Assembly: GCA_963665015.2 (NCBI GenBank)
Contig: CAXXSY010000003.1
Span: 64,373 to 128,372, forward strand
Reading direction: 5' to 3'
Length of the DNA: 64,000 nt
Source of the DNA: Candidatus Cloacimonadales bacterium
GTDB lineage: Bacteria > Cloacimonadota > Cloacimonadia > Cloacimonadales > JAIOQZ01
Part shown: piece after piece, positions 44,553 through 53,442 of the stretch
How positions within the stretch are numbered: position 1 is the first letter of the stretch
Layout: every line of letters begins with the position of its first letter
Made by a program: the position numbers and the translations under genes
The notes under the pieces: generated by a model
The model's input: the letters and a program-made list of their open reading frames with translations, nothing else
Database searches by the model: none
What the model was told of the DNA's origin: nothing

Positions 44553-45794
44553 TCAGAACTGCGTCGTCGCCCAGGGTTGTTCCGACTGAACGAACAGCCT
44601 CCTCAAAACACGCTCGCTCTTCGCGTTTTGCCTTCCGCAGAGGCCATATTCGAGGCATTTTTCCAGCGTGATCGATCCTGCCATCAGCGACGAGAAATTC
44701 TGGATGCTCATCTCGATGGTCGCATCGACAGAGCGCGCTTTGGTGATCGAGGGTTTTCCGTTGTCCCAACGGATGGCGAAGCGTGTTTTCGCGCGCGGCA
44801 GGAAGTCGTCCTCGATACGAAACCTTATGGCGCAATCGACCTCATTCCATGGTCTCTGCATAATCGCCAGGGGCGCGTCCAGCGCGCGATACATGAATCC
44901 CGTGCCGGTGTGATAGGTCTCGTGATAGACGGGCATGACCAGGTCGCGGCCGATGTGGCGTGCGTCGGGCATCAGGAATAGCAGGTTTTCGTCGAAGGTG
45001 GTCAGGATGACCTCCTGTATCTGGTCGAGTTGCGACTGGATGAAAGCCAGCATGCCGCGCAAGGCTTCGGTGTTTTCGTAGAGCATCACGAAGATTTTTA
45101 TCTGGTTGGTCAGCGGATTCTTGCCGATTTTCTCGAAGCTGAAGATGCAGTAGCCGGTGATTTTCGAGCCTTTGCGGTACCCGATCCAGCGGATGTTGGG
45201 ATTCCTGAGGTCTTTCTCGAAGTCGTATTTCTGCTGACGGATCATGCCGTGGCGCTGTTTCAGGACGCGTTCGTAGCAGCCCTGCACCGCTTGCAGGTTG
45301 TCGATGGAGAGGTATTCGACACCCTTGCGCAGTTCCGAGGCGGGAAGCTGGCTCGGCTCGAGTCGATACACGTGCAGCATGATGCCGTGTCCGTAGCCCA
45401 TCCTGTAGTAGAAATCGGGCCGGAAGGGATAGAGGATCGAGAAGGAGACGCCCTTTTTTCTGCCGTATTCGTGGTACCACCTCAGCATATCGCGCGCGAC
45501 TTTTTGCTTCTTGTGCATGAGATCGACCGCGACCAGTCCGATGCCCACGGTGGGAACAATGGTGCCGTGGTAGTTCATCTCGAAATCGAAGATGCGCATA
45601 CCGCCCAGCATTTTCCCATCTTCGAAGAGCCCGTACATCTGCTTGTTCGGGCACTCCTTCTGGTCTTTAATCAACGACTCGCGAAAGCGTTTTCGTTGTT
45701 CGGGTGAGTTGATCGCCCAGCCCGGGTACGCGTTGCGTACGATGTCTTCGAATGGCTCGATGTCCTTGTCGATCAGTGTGCGTATCTCTCTCAT
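44553..45794 (-). CDS. GNAT N-acetyltransferase, Eis-like (GNAT + SCP2-type C-terminal domain)
   Basis: The start at 45794 (MREIRTL...) gives 413 aa. An acetyl-CoA motif region (VAVDLMHKKQKVARDML) and the overall length fit the Eis family. The 57-aa upstream extension in the track is unlikely to be real. Confidence 0.55.
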   Translation of the reverse strand: MREIRTLIDKDIEPFEDIVRNAYPGWAINSPEQRKRFRESLIKDQKECPNKQMYGLFEDGKMLGGMRIFDFEMNYHGTIVPTVGIGLVAVDLMHKKQKVARDMLRWYHEYGRKKGVSFSILYPFRPDFYYRMGYGHGIMLHVYRLEPSQLPASELRKGVEYLSIDNLQAVQGCYERVLKQRHGMIRQQKYDFEKDLRNPNIRWIGYRKGSKITGYCIFSFEKIGKNPLTNQIKIFVMLYENTEALRGMLAFIQSQLDQIQEVILTTFDENLLFLMPDARHIGRDLVMPVYHETYHTGTGFMYRALDAPLAIMQRPWNEVDCAIRFRIEDDFLPRAKTRFAIRWDNGKPSITKARSVDATIEMSIQNFSSLMAGSITLEKCLEYGLCGRQNAKSERVLRRLFVQSEQPWATTQF

Positions 45795-46134
45795 GATGCT
45801 ACCTTCCTTGCCTTTTTGCCCTGAACCGTGTCGATGGAATTTATACGATGACGGGTTGAAGTTTGTAAAGGAAAAAATCCGACAAACGGGAAGATAGAGA
45901 GCAGCCCGGGGTGGCTGCGTACCATGGGGAAGATGCAGCCGGAGGTGCGACAGAATCAAGATCAACGCGCAATATATCGTATCTACCTTTGATCGTTAAC
46001 AGGATCGAAATTATTTCACAGCGTGTAATATTTTTTTTGTTGTGAATGAATTTTCAGATATATTGTTTGGAGAACACGGGATAGACAACACGACGATCGG
46101 TCTCAAAAGATTGCAAAATAAGGATTTTAGATAA

Positions 46135-46917
46135 ATGCCAGAACTGCCGGAAGTGGAAACCATCGCTCGCGGATTGCGAGAGAAGATCACCGGGCATCGC
46201 TTGATCGAGATCGCGAGCTACCGCGAGGGGACGGTCAAGGGAGACGGTGCAGGAACGATCGAGCGGATCGACCGACGGGGCAAGTATATCCTGATGCGGC
46301 TTTCGGGCGGAAAGACGATCGTGGCGCACCTCGGCATGACCGGCAAGCTGATCGTCTCCGATACGCTGCCCACGGACCATCCCCACCTGCGCGCCAGCTT
46401 CCGTTTCGAGGATGGAATTTTTCTGCTCTTCATCGATCCAAGGACGTTCGGATTCATCTCCATCTGCGATACGAATAGCGATATCAAAGGCGTTTGCACG
46501 CTCGGGCCGGAACCTTTGAGTAAATCGTTTGACAGGAAATACCTGATTGGCATCCTTTCGAAAAGAAAAGTGCCCGTGAAGAATCTTTTAATGGATCAGC
46601 GTTTGATCGCGGGACTGGGTAATATCTACGCCTGCGAAGCGTTGTTCCACAGCGGGATTCACCCGGAGCGACCAGGCAACAGCCTGAGCGAAACGGAATC
46701 CGTTCGATTGCACAGGGCGATCAGAAAGGTTCTGCGGGAAGCGCTTGACAAAAACGGCACCAGCATCTCCGATTTCCGGAGCGTCGAGGACAAGACCGGC
46801 GAGTTTCAGGATTTCCTGCGGGTCTATGGCAAGAAAATCTGTACCTGCGGGACACCGATCCAGCGCATCCGGCAGGCGGGACGCTCGAGCTATCTCTGTC
46901 CGAAATGTCAAAGTTGA
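46135..46917 (+). CDS. mutM: formamidopyrimidine-DNA glycosylase
   Basis: MPELPEVE N-terminus, an H2TH region (LMDQRLIAGLGNIYACEALF) and the C-terminal zinc finger C..C...R......YLCPKCQ. Confidence 0.92.
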   Translation: MPELPEVETIARGLREKITGHRLIEIASYREGTVKGDGAGTIERIDRRGKYILMRLSGGKTIVAHLGMTGKLIVSDTLPTDHPHLRASFRFEDGIFLLFIDPRTFGFISICDTNSDIKGVCTLGPEPLSKSFDRKYLIGILSKRKVPVKNLLMDQRLIAGLGNIYACEALFHSGIHPERPGNSLSETESVRLHRAIRKVLREALDKNGTSISDFRSVEDKTGEFQDFLRVYGKKICTCGTPIQRIRQAGRSSYLCPKCQS

Positions 46918-46932
46918 GAAAGGAGAATATAC

Positions 46933-48099
46933 ATGAAGGCTATCAAGATCAAGGAAGGAATCTACTGGGTCGGCGGAGTTGACTGGGACCTGAGGAATTT
47001 CCACGGCTACCTGACACAGCGCGGTTCCACCTACAACGCGTACCTGATTATCGACGAGAAGATCACCCTGATCGACAACGTGAAATACTACCTCGCGGAC
47101 GAACTGCTGTCGCGCATCAGCAGCGTCATCGATCCTTCGAAGATCGACGTCATCGTACAGAACCACATCGAGATGGATCACTCCAGCTCGCTACCGATGA
47201 TCAAGAAAGCTGCGCCCAACGCCAAAATTTACGCTTCCCCAAAAGGCGTGGAAGGACTGCCCAAGCACTACAAGGCGGACTGGGAATACGTGACCGTCAA
47301 GACGGGCGACACGCTCGACCTCGGCAAGCGCACGCTGCAATTCGTTCAGACCCCGATGGTCCACTGGCCGGACAACATGGTCTCCTACTGCCCGGAAGAG
47401 AAAATCCTCTTCTCGAACGACGCCTTCGGTCAGCACATCGCGTCCTCGGAGCGTTTTGACGACGAATTTCCCTTCAATATCATCATGGAAGAGGCGATGA
47501 AGTACTACGCCAACATCGTGCTGCCGTACGGAAAACAGGTGCAGAAGGCACTCGAAGTTGTCAGAAAGCTCGACGTCGAGGTGATCTGCCCCAGCCACGG
47601 CGTCATATGGCGCAAGCACATCCCGGCGATCGTCGAAAAGTACGTGAAGTGGTCGGCGAACGAGACCGAGGAGAAGGCGCTTATCATCTACGACACCATG
47701 TGGAAATCGACCGAAACCATGGCGAAGGCGATCCAGAGCGTGTTCGAGGATGCGGGAATCCACACCTGCATGTGCAACCTCCAGCACAACCACATCTCCG
47801 ACATCATGACGCACCTGACCACCGCGAAGTATATCTGCGTCGGCTCACCCACGCTGAACAACAACATGCTGCCCACCGTCGCCGCATTCCTGACCTACAT
47901 GAAGGGTCTGGCGCCGAAGGATCGCTACGGCATGGCGTTCGGCTCCTACGGATGGGGCGGACAGAGCATCGGGCTGGTCCACGATGTGCTCGAGTCGTGC
48001 GGATTCGAGATGATGCCGATGCACCGTCTCCAGTATATCCCGGACGAAACGACGCTCAATGAAATGAAACAGAAAATCCGTGAGAATCTCAAAAAGTGA
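46933..48099 (+). CDS. class A flavodiiron protein (O2/NO reductase)
   Basis: An MBL-like di-iron domain (HIEMDHS) followed by a flavodoxin-like domain (ALIIYDTMWKSTETMA). 388 aa. Confidence 0.85.
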   Translation: MKAIKIKEGIYWVGGVDWDLRNFHGYLTQRGSTYNAYLIIDEKITLIDNVKYYLADELLSRISSVIDPSKIDVIVQNHIEMDHSSSLPMIKKAAPNAKIYASPKGVEGLPKHYKADWEYVTVKTGDTLDLGKRTLQFVQTPMVHWPDNMVSYCPEEKILFSNDAFGQHIASSERFDDEFPFNIIMEEAMKYYANIVLPYGKQVQKALEVVRKLDVEVICPSHGVIWRKHIPAIVEKYVKWSANETEEKALIIYDTMWKSTETMAKAIQSVFEDAGIHTCMCNLQHNHISDIMTHLTTAKYICVGSPTLNNNMLPTVAAFLTYMKGLAPKDRYGMAFGSYGWGGQSIGLVHDVLESCGFEMMPMHRLQYIPDETTLNEMKQKIRENLKK

Positions 48100-48131
48100 C
48101 ATTTGGCATTATCAAGCTTACGTTGTCAGAT

Positions 48132-48159
48132 ATCATTGATTGCAAAATGTCACAATGAT
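48132..48159. promoter_or_regulatory. inverted repeat, candidate Fur/PerR-family operator upstream of ferritin
   Basis: atcattg-N14-caatgat, located about 200 nt upstream of the ferritin start. Confidence 0.3.
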
Positions 48160-48365
48160 CATCTCGCATGTGAGCTGAAATGCTGTGAGATTCGAGCGTA
48201 ACGTAGAACAATAGATGTGTTAGATAGGTAAGGAAGAGATGCGGACGATTTTGGGGATTCAGGTTTTTCGTTCCTCAAAACCTACAGACATCCGCGTTCC
48301 TTAGAGATTGTAGCGCTCGACCTCCGGGCGAGCATCCTTTGAAACGAAAAAAAACAGGAGGAAAC

Positions 48366-48875
48366 ATGATTTCCGAAAAATTGCAAGACAGAATCAATCT
48401 GCAGATCAACAGGGAGTTGTTCTCGGAATACCTATATTTCAGCATGGCGGCGTGGTTCGCATCGATGAACCTGCCCGGTTTCGAGAACTTCTTCGTCGTA
48501 CAGGCACAGGAAGAGCATTTCCACACCATGAAGTTCTACAACTACCTCAACGAACGGGGTGGTCGTGTAATACTGGACAAGATCGAGAAACCGCAAGTCG
48601 ATTTCGAATCGGCCGAGGAGATTTTCGACTTGGCGTACAAACACGAGCAATTCGTAACCAAATCGATCAACGAACTGATGGACCTGGCGATCGAGGAGAA
48701 CGATCATGCGACCCGAAGTATGTTGAACTGGTATGTCGATGAGCAGGTGGAAGAGGAAAACTCCATGGAAGCGATCCTCGGTCAGTTGAAATTCATCGGC
48801 GGCAAGGGTCACGGCATGTTGATGCTGGACCGTGAACTCGCGTCCCGAACCTACACTCCGCCGGCGGCGGAATAA
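48366..48875 (+). CDS. ftn: non-haem ferritin
   Basis: ATG at 48366 after AGGAGGAAAC. LQINRELFSEYLYFSMAAW...QEEHFH ferroxidase-centre residues. Confidence 0.85.
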   Translation: MISEKLQDRINLQINRELFSEYLYFSMAAWFASMNLPGFENFFVVQAQEEHFHTMKFYNYLNERGGRVILDKIEKPQVDFESAEEIFDLAYKHEQFVTKSINELMDLAIEENDHATRSMLNWYVDEQVEEENSMEAILGQLKFIGGKGHGMLMLDRELASRTYTPPAAE

Positions 48876-48896
48876 CCCAAACAGAGGAGAAACGAA

Positions 48897-49283
48897 ATGA
48901 CAAAGCTGAGAGATATTTACTACTGCGAAGTATGCGGTAACGTCGTCGCGATCCGCAACGAAGGCGCCGACGCGCTGGTCTGCTGCGGACAGCCGATGAA
49001 GAAACTGGAAGAGCAGAGTCAGGATGCCACGACCGAGAAGCACGTGCCGTACGTCGAGGAAGTCGAGGGCGGCGTTCTGGTGAAGGTCGGCAAGGAGACC
49101 GCGCACCCGATGCTCGAAAAGCACTACATCAAGTTCATCGAAGTGCAACTGAAAGACCGCGTATGCGTCGCGGAACTGAATCCCGGCGATGCCCCGGAAG
49201 CGTTCTTCCCCGTTAAGAAGGCCGATATCGTCAAGGCGAGAGAGTGGTGCAACGTTCACGGTCTCTGGAAATACGAAGTATAA
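48897..49283 (+). CDS. dfx: desulfoferrodoxin (2Fe superoxide reductase)
   Basis: N-terminal desulforedoxin CxxC...CC (YYCEVCGNVV...VCCGQPM), followed by an SOR domain (KHVPYV, H..., C.H). Confidence 0.9.
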   Translation: MTKLRDIYYCEVCGNVVAIRNEGADALVCCGQPMKKLEEQSQDATTEKHVPYVEEVEGGVLVKVGKETAHPMLEKHYIKFIEVQLKDRVCVAELNPGDAPEAFFPVKKADIVKAREWCNVHGLWKYEV

Positions 49284-49306
49284 ATCGACATACAGGAGGA
49301 TGATGG

Positions 49307-49894
49307 ATGGAATTCAAAGGTTCAAAAACTGCCGAGAATCTGATGAAAGCGTTTGCCGGCGAATCGCAGGCACGCATGCGCTACACTTACTATGCAAAAG
49401 CCGCAACGAAGGAAGGTTACCTGCAGATCGCGAATATCTTCATGGAAACCGCCGAGAATGAGAAGGAACACGCCAAGGTGTTCTACAAAAAGCTGATCGA
49501 GCACGGCTTGAACGGTGAGATGATCGTGATCAACGACGCCGGTTACCCGGTTGGCCTCGACGACACGATGAAGAACCTCGAATGGGCCGCCAACGGCGAG
49601 AACGAAGAATGGACCGACCTTTACCCCACGTTTGCCAAGATCGCGGAGGAAGAGGGATTCAAGGATGTCGCGCATGTCTTCAAGATGGTGGCGCTGGTGG
49701 AAGTTCGTCACGAGAACCGCTTCCGCAAGCTGCTCGCCAACGTGAAGAATCACGAGGTCTTCAAGAAAGACGGCAAGGTCTTCTGGAAATGCCTCAACTG
49801 CGGCCATATCGTCGAATCGATCGAGGCACCGGAAAAATGTCCGGTATGCCTGCACCCGAAGAAGTACTTCGAGCTCTGGATCGAGAACTATTGA
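49307..49894 (+). CDS. rbr: rubrerythrin
   Basis: [23 protein letters not shown] di-iron domain plus a C-terminal rubredoxin-like CLNCGH...CPVC. Confidence 0.92.
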   Translation: MEFKGSKTAENLMKAFAGESQARMRYTYYAKAATKEGYLQIANIFMETAENEKEHAKVFYKKLIEHGLNGEMIVINDAGYPVGLDDTMKNLEWAANGENEEWTDLYPTFAKIAEEEGFKDVAHVFKMVALVEVRHENRFRKLLANVKNHEVFKKDGKVFWKCLNCGHIVESIEAPEKCPVCLHPKKYFELWIENY

Positions 49895-49921
49895 TCCGGC
49901 TCGGCCAATACAGGAGGAACC

Positions 49922-50059
49922 ATGAAATACGTCTGTGACGCGTGCGGATACATCTACGATCCCGCAGAAAACGACAACGTAGCCTTCGACGACCTTCCCG
50001 AAGACTGGGTTTGCCCGGAATGCGGAGTCGGCAAGGATATGTTCAGTCCGATCGACTAA
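49922..50059 (+). CDS. rubredoxin (45 aa; below the ORF-track size cut-off)
   Basis: My own translation: [45 protein letters not shown], with CxxCG...WxCPxCG motifs. AGGAGGAAC precedes the ATG. Confidence 0.85.
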   Translation: MKYVCDACGYIYDPAENDNVAFDDLPEDWVCPECGVGKDMFSPID

Positions 50060-50072
50060 TTTCCCGAATCTT

Positions 50073-50105
50073 GCAGCCGCCGGTGAGAGCCGGCGGTTGC
50101 TGTAT
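50073..50105 (+). terminator. candidate terminator after rubredoxin
   Basis: gcagccgccgg-tgagag-ccggcggttgc, an 11-bp stem including one G-U pair. The downstream T tract is weak (tgtatct). Confidence 0.45.
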
Positions 50106-50325
50106 CTCCATTCCAACTTCCGAATGTCACGAAATGTCTTCTGAATGCTGGAATGTAGCACCGTAGCGCGTGACCTCTGTGTTTGACCCTTCAAGAGAAC
50201 GCCGCTCAGGGATCGGCGCCTACAGGTAGTAATGTAAAAAAATACATTTACAGAATCGTTCGGAATCGTGATATCGAATCGGTTACGAGATCGATGAATT
50301 TTTAACCATAAAGGAGAACAGACCT

Positions 50326-50778
50326 ATGACGATCAATGAATTCCACGATGTTATCGACTTCGCCGTGGAGCGCGAGAAGGAAGCCGTGCAGTTCTACACC
50401 GACTTGCAGGAAATCGCAAAATTCGCCGCGCAAAAGGTGATGCTCGGTGAACTCGCCGATATGGAACGCGGTCACATCCGGGTCCTTGAAGGAATCCGCA
50501 AACAAGGCAATACCGACAAGGCCGTCGCGAGCGTGCCGGACCTCCAGATCAGCGACTATCTGGTACCCGCCAAGCCGACCGCCCAGATGACCTACCAGGA
50601 TATCATCATCACCGCCATGAAGCGCGAAGAGAAATCCAAAGCGCTATACGAGAACATCGCTTCGAAAATCGACGATGCGGAACTCGCCGCCACACTGCTT
50701 CGTATCGCCGCTGAAGAAGCACAGCACAAGCTCCGCTTCGAGAAGATTTACGACGAAGAAATTCTGAAGGATAACTGA
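50326..50778 (+). CDS. rubrerythrin/ferritin-like di-iron domain protein
   Basis: Two ExxH motifs (DMERGH, EEAQH) in a four-helix-bundle-like 150-aa protein. Confidence 0.6.
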   Translation: MTINEFHDVIDFAVEREKEAVQFYTDLQEIAKFAAQKVMLGELADMERGHIRVLEGIRKQGNTDKAVASVPDLQISDYLVPAKPTAQMTYQDIIITAMKREEKSKALYENIASKIDDAELAATLLRIAAEEAQHKLRFEKIYDEEILKDN

Positions 50779-50788
50779 GACAATTTTG

Positions 50789-50815
50789 CCGGGCACTCCG
50801 GTGCCCGGTGATTTT
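50789..50815 (+). terminator. candidate terminator hairpin
   Basis: ccgggcac-tccg-gtgcccgg (8-bp stem), followed by tgatttta. It lies inside the ORF-track extension of cobO, which is why I moved that start. Confidence 0.4.
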
Positions 50816-50830
50816 ACCTGGAGGGATAAC

Positions 50831-51337
50831 TTGATTCAGCTCTACACCGGAAACGGAAAAGGGAAAACCACCGCTTCCATCGGACTCTGCATTCGGGCGC
50901 TCGGTCGCAGCAAGAAAGTCTGCCTGATCCAGTTCATGAAGAAGAACTGGGAATACGGCGAAATGCGGTTCCTGCAAAACACGCCTGGCATCGATGTCTT
51001 CCAGTTCGGCACCGACAAGCTGATCGATCCGAACAATCCCGCACCCATCGATTTCGAAGAGGCGGAACTTGCTTTCAACAAGGCGAAGGAAGTCTTGCTG
51101 AGCAACAGCTACGACATCGTCGTCATTGACGAGATCAACGTCGCGGTTGCGTGGAAACTGCTGCCCGTCGAGAAGCAACTCGAACTGCTGGATATCGAGA
51201 CCGACAGCGAGGTTGTCATGACCGGTCGCTACGCGCGTCAGGAGGTCATCGACCGCGCCGACCTGGTCACCGAGATGCGCGAAATCAAGCACTACTACGT
51301 CAACGGCATACCCGCCCGGGAAGGCATCGAGCACTGA
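50831..51337 (+). CDS. cobO: cob(I)yrinic acid a,c-diamide adenosyltransferase
   Basis: YTGNGKGKTTASIG P-loop. TTG start at 50831, 5 nt after GGAGGG. The stop overlaps the lpxK start (TGATG). Confidence 0.8.
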   Translation: MIQLYTGNGKGKTTASIGLCIRALGRSKKVCLIQFMKKNWEYGEMRFLQNTPGIDVFQFGTDKLIDPNNPAPIDFEEAELAFNKAKEVLLSNSYDIVVIDEINVAVAWKLLPVEKQLELLDIETDSEVVMTGRYARQEVIDRADLVTEMREIKHYYVNGIPAREGIEH

Positions 51338-52374
51338 TGAACCAGCGCTTCATCCAAAGGCACCTCTACAGTAGAAGCCCACTCTCGTACCTGCTCTACC
51401 CGTTATCGCTGCTCTACGGCGGTATCCAGGGCGTCCGACGAAAATTCTGCCGACCGGACGACATCCCCGGCTCGCCGAAGATCATCGGCATCGGCAACAT
51501 CGTATCCGGCGGCAGCGGCAAGACGCCGTTCACCATCTTTCTGGCAAACCACCTGAAGAAGCAGGGAAAACATCCCGCCGTTTGCCTACGCGGCTACCGC
51601 GGCGGATTCGAGCACGACAACCGCGTCATCTCGACGTTCGACGAAATCCTGCCGGAAGCGAAACACGCCGGCGACGAAGCCCGCATGCTGGCGGAGAAAC
51701 TCCCCGGCGTACCGATCGCGGTCGGCGCAAACCGAAGGCTCTCGATCCGGATGCTGATGAAACGGATGCCGGAGATCGACTGCATCCTGCTGGACGACTC
51801 GTTTCAGCACTTGAAGGTGAAGAAAGACGTCATGTTCGTGGTGTTCAGCGCCACGGGCGGTGTCGGAAACGGATTCGTGTTGCCGGCCGGAATCCTGCGC
51901 GAACCGCTCTCCGCATTGCGCCACGCCGATTGCGTCGTGATCAACGGGCGAGGCTGGGAACTGCCCGGCAATCCCTGGAACAAACCCGTCGTCCGCGGCG
52001 ACTACGTCATCGACAGGCTCTACCGGATGGATGGGGAAGAGGTGTCGATGAACGAGCTCGGTCAGAGGAAAATCCTGCTGCTGTCCGGCATCGGCAATCC
52101 GTCGTCCTTCGAGAAGACTGTGCGGCAAAGCGGCATCGGATTCGTCGATCACCTGAAATACGGCGACCACTACGACTACGCGCAGCCGTCGTTTCTTCCC
52201 GATCTGCGCAAGAAGATGAAGCAGACCGGTTGCGATGTGATCCTCACCACTGAAAAGGATTTCTCAAAGCTGAAAGGACTCGATCTAACGGGCGTTCCGA
52301 TTGTCGTGGTGTCGGTCAAATTCGAGGTGGAAGAGGTGGAACGATTGGACACAATGTTACCATTGATATGTTAA
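51337..52374 (+). CDS. lpxK: tetraacyldisaccharide 4'-kinase
   Basis: The start at 51337 gives MNQRFIQRHLY...GNIVSGGSGKTPF (P-loop). The 62-aa Arg-rich extension in the track lies inside cobO. Confidence 0.85.
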   Translation: MNQRFIQRHLYSRSPLSYLLYPLSLLYGGIQGVRRKFCRPDDIPGSPKIIGIGNIVSGGSGKTPFTIFLANHLKKQGKHPAVCLRGYRGGFEHDNRVISTFDEILPEAKHAGDEARMLAEKLPGVPIAVGANRRLSIRMLMKRMPEIDCILLDDSFQHLKVKKDVMFVVFSATGGVGNGFVLPAGILREPLSALRHADCVVINGRGWELPGNPWNKPVVRGDYVIDRLYRMDGEEVSMNELGQRKILLLSGIGNPSSFEKTVRQSGIGFVDHLKYGDHYDYAQPSFLPDLRKKMKQTGCDVILTTEKDFSKLKGLDLTGVPIVVVSVKFEVEEVERLDTMLPLIC

Positions 52375-52466
52375 GGAGTTTTTCGTATATTATACGTGAT
52401 CGTTGGCTGAATTTGTCCTTGACATCCAAATACAGCAAAATTATTTTATCTTTGAAGGGAGGAATT

Positions 52467-52700
52467 ATGAGGAGATCAACCCAGCACGTTATTCCGAATC
52501 CCAACGGCGGATGGGATGTTTTGCGCGGCGGAGCCGAACGGGCAACGAAGCATTACGCAAGGAAAGCCAACGCAATCAGTAGAGCTATTGAGATTAGCAA
52601 GAATCAGAAATCCGAATTATATATTCATGGAAGTGATGGACGAATTCTAAGTAAGAATAGCTATGGGAATGACCCTTGTCCACCCAAGGATAGGAATTAG
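52467..52700 (+). CDS. DUF2188-like small protein
   Basis: ATG at 52467 after AAGGGAGG. HVIPNPNGGWDVLRGGAERATKHYARKANAISRAIEISKNQKSELYIHGSDGRI matches the DUF2188 pattern as I recall it. Confidence 0.6.
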   Translation: MRRSTQHVIPNPNGGWDVLRGGAERATKHYARKANAISRAIEISKNQKSELYIHGSDGRILSKNSYGNDPCPPKDRN

Positions 52701-52715
52701 AGAGAATACGCCTAA

Positions 52716-53321
52716 GTGAATCAAGTATTCATCAACTGTCCCTTCGAAGAGAAATTTTACCTCCTACAAAGAGCAATCATTTTCACAGTAAGAATACTTA
52801 ATTTAAGACCTGTATTAGCCCCTATGAGGATTGACTGCTCCGAATCGAGACTAATGAAGATCATTGAAATCATGAAAAAATCAGAATATGGAATACACGA
52901 TTTATCATTGAACAAATCATCGAAAAAAGAGTACTGTAGAATGAATATGCCTCTTGAGCTGGGGATTGACTTTGGACTCAAGAGCTCCGGAAATGATCAA
53001 TTATCCACCAAATCCATGTTGATTCTTGAAAAGAAAAAGAACGAGTATGACAAATATATTTCTGATTTATCCGGAAACGATATATTCGCCCATGAAAACA
53101 AAACTGATAAACTTGTTGAGATTGTCAGGGATTGGCTTGTCGAAGCAAAAGCGACAAAAGAAAGAAAAGGATCCAAGGAAATCTGGAATGATTATAATGA
53201 TTTTAATTCATATATATGGAGCGTAAGAGAAAAACAGGGGTACAGTACACCTAAAGATAAAAATTACATGCCGACAAATGAAATGCTTGAGCAGCTTGAG
53301 AACTGGCTTTCGAAAACATAA
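52716..53321 (+). CDS. hypothetical protein with TIR/nucleoside-deoxyribosyltransferase-like motif pattern
   Basis: GTG start. VFINCPF (beta1), then helix, then LRPVLA, then RLMKIIEIMKKSEYGIHDLS, then YCRMNMPLELG. The conserved Glu (E81, nt 52956-52958) sits where TIR/NDT-type enzymes place their catalytic Glu. This is pattern-level inference only. Confidence 0.35.
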   Translation: MNQVFINCPFEEKFYLLQRAIIFTVRILNLRPVLAPMRIDCSESRLMKIIEIMKKSEYGIHDLSLNKSSKKEYCRMNMPLELGIDFGLKSSGNDQLSTKSMLILEKKKNEYDKYISDLSGNDIFAHENKTDKLVEIVRDWLVEAKATKERKGSKEIWNDYNDFNSYIWSVREKQGYSTPKDKNYMPTNEMLEQLENWLSKT

Positions 53322-53442
53322 AGACCCATCAATTATCATATAGAATAAGTTTACTACCATCCCCACGCGATTCTTAAAAAATTCTGGACATGTTTGTTCC
53401 GATCCTGTGTATCGGTATTGAGGACTGATTTGGAGGTGCCAG

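Noticed and set aside
45966-46134. The divergent intergenic region at the strand-bias switch, as an alternative oriC.
   Set aside because: I found no TTATCCACA-like boxes by eye, whereas dnaA is flanked by at least ten such boxes. The observation is kept only as a strand-bias oddity.
50233-50252. The palindrome TGTAAA-N8-TTTACA upstream of the rubrerythrin-like gene, as a CRP/FNR- or Rex-type site.
   Set aside because: The half-sites are only 6 bp and the spacing does not match the CRP/FNR (TGTGA-N6-TCACA) or Rex consensus. It is too weak to call.
51151-51336. The long Arg-rich N-terminal extension of lpxK. Analogous track extensions occur at 1003-1059, 15949-16026, 20559-20720, 39750-39794, 45795-45965, 54198-54326 and 56106-56165.
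   Set aside because: The extensions overlap upstream genes or regulatory DNA and lack SD sequences. Internal starts give canonical N-termini (signal peptides, P-loops) with good SDs.
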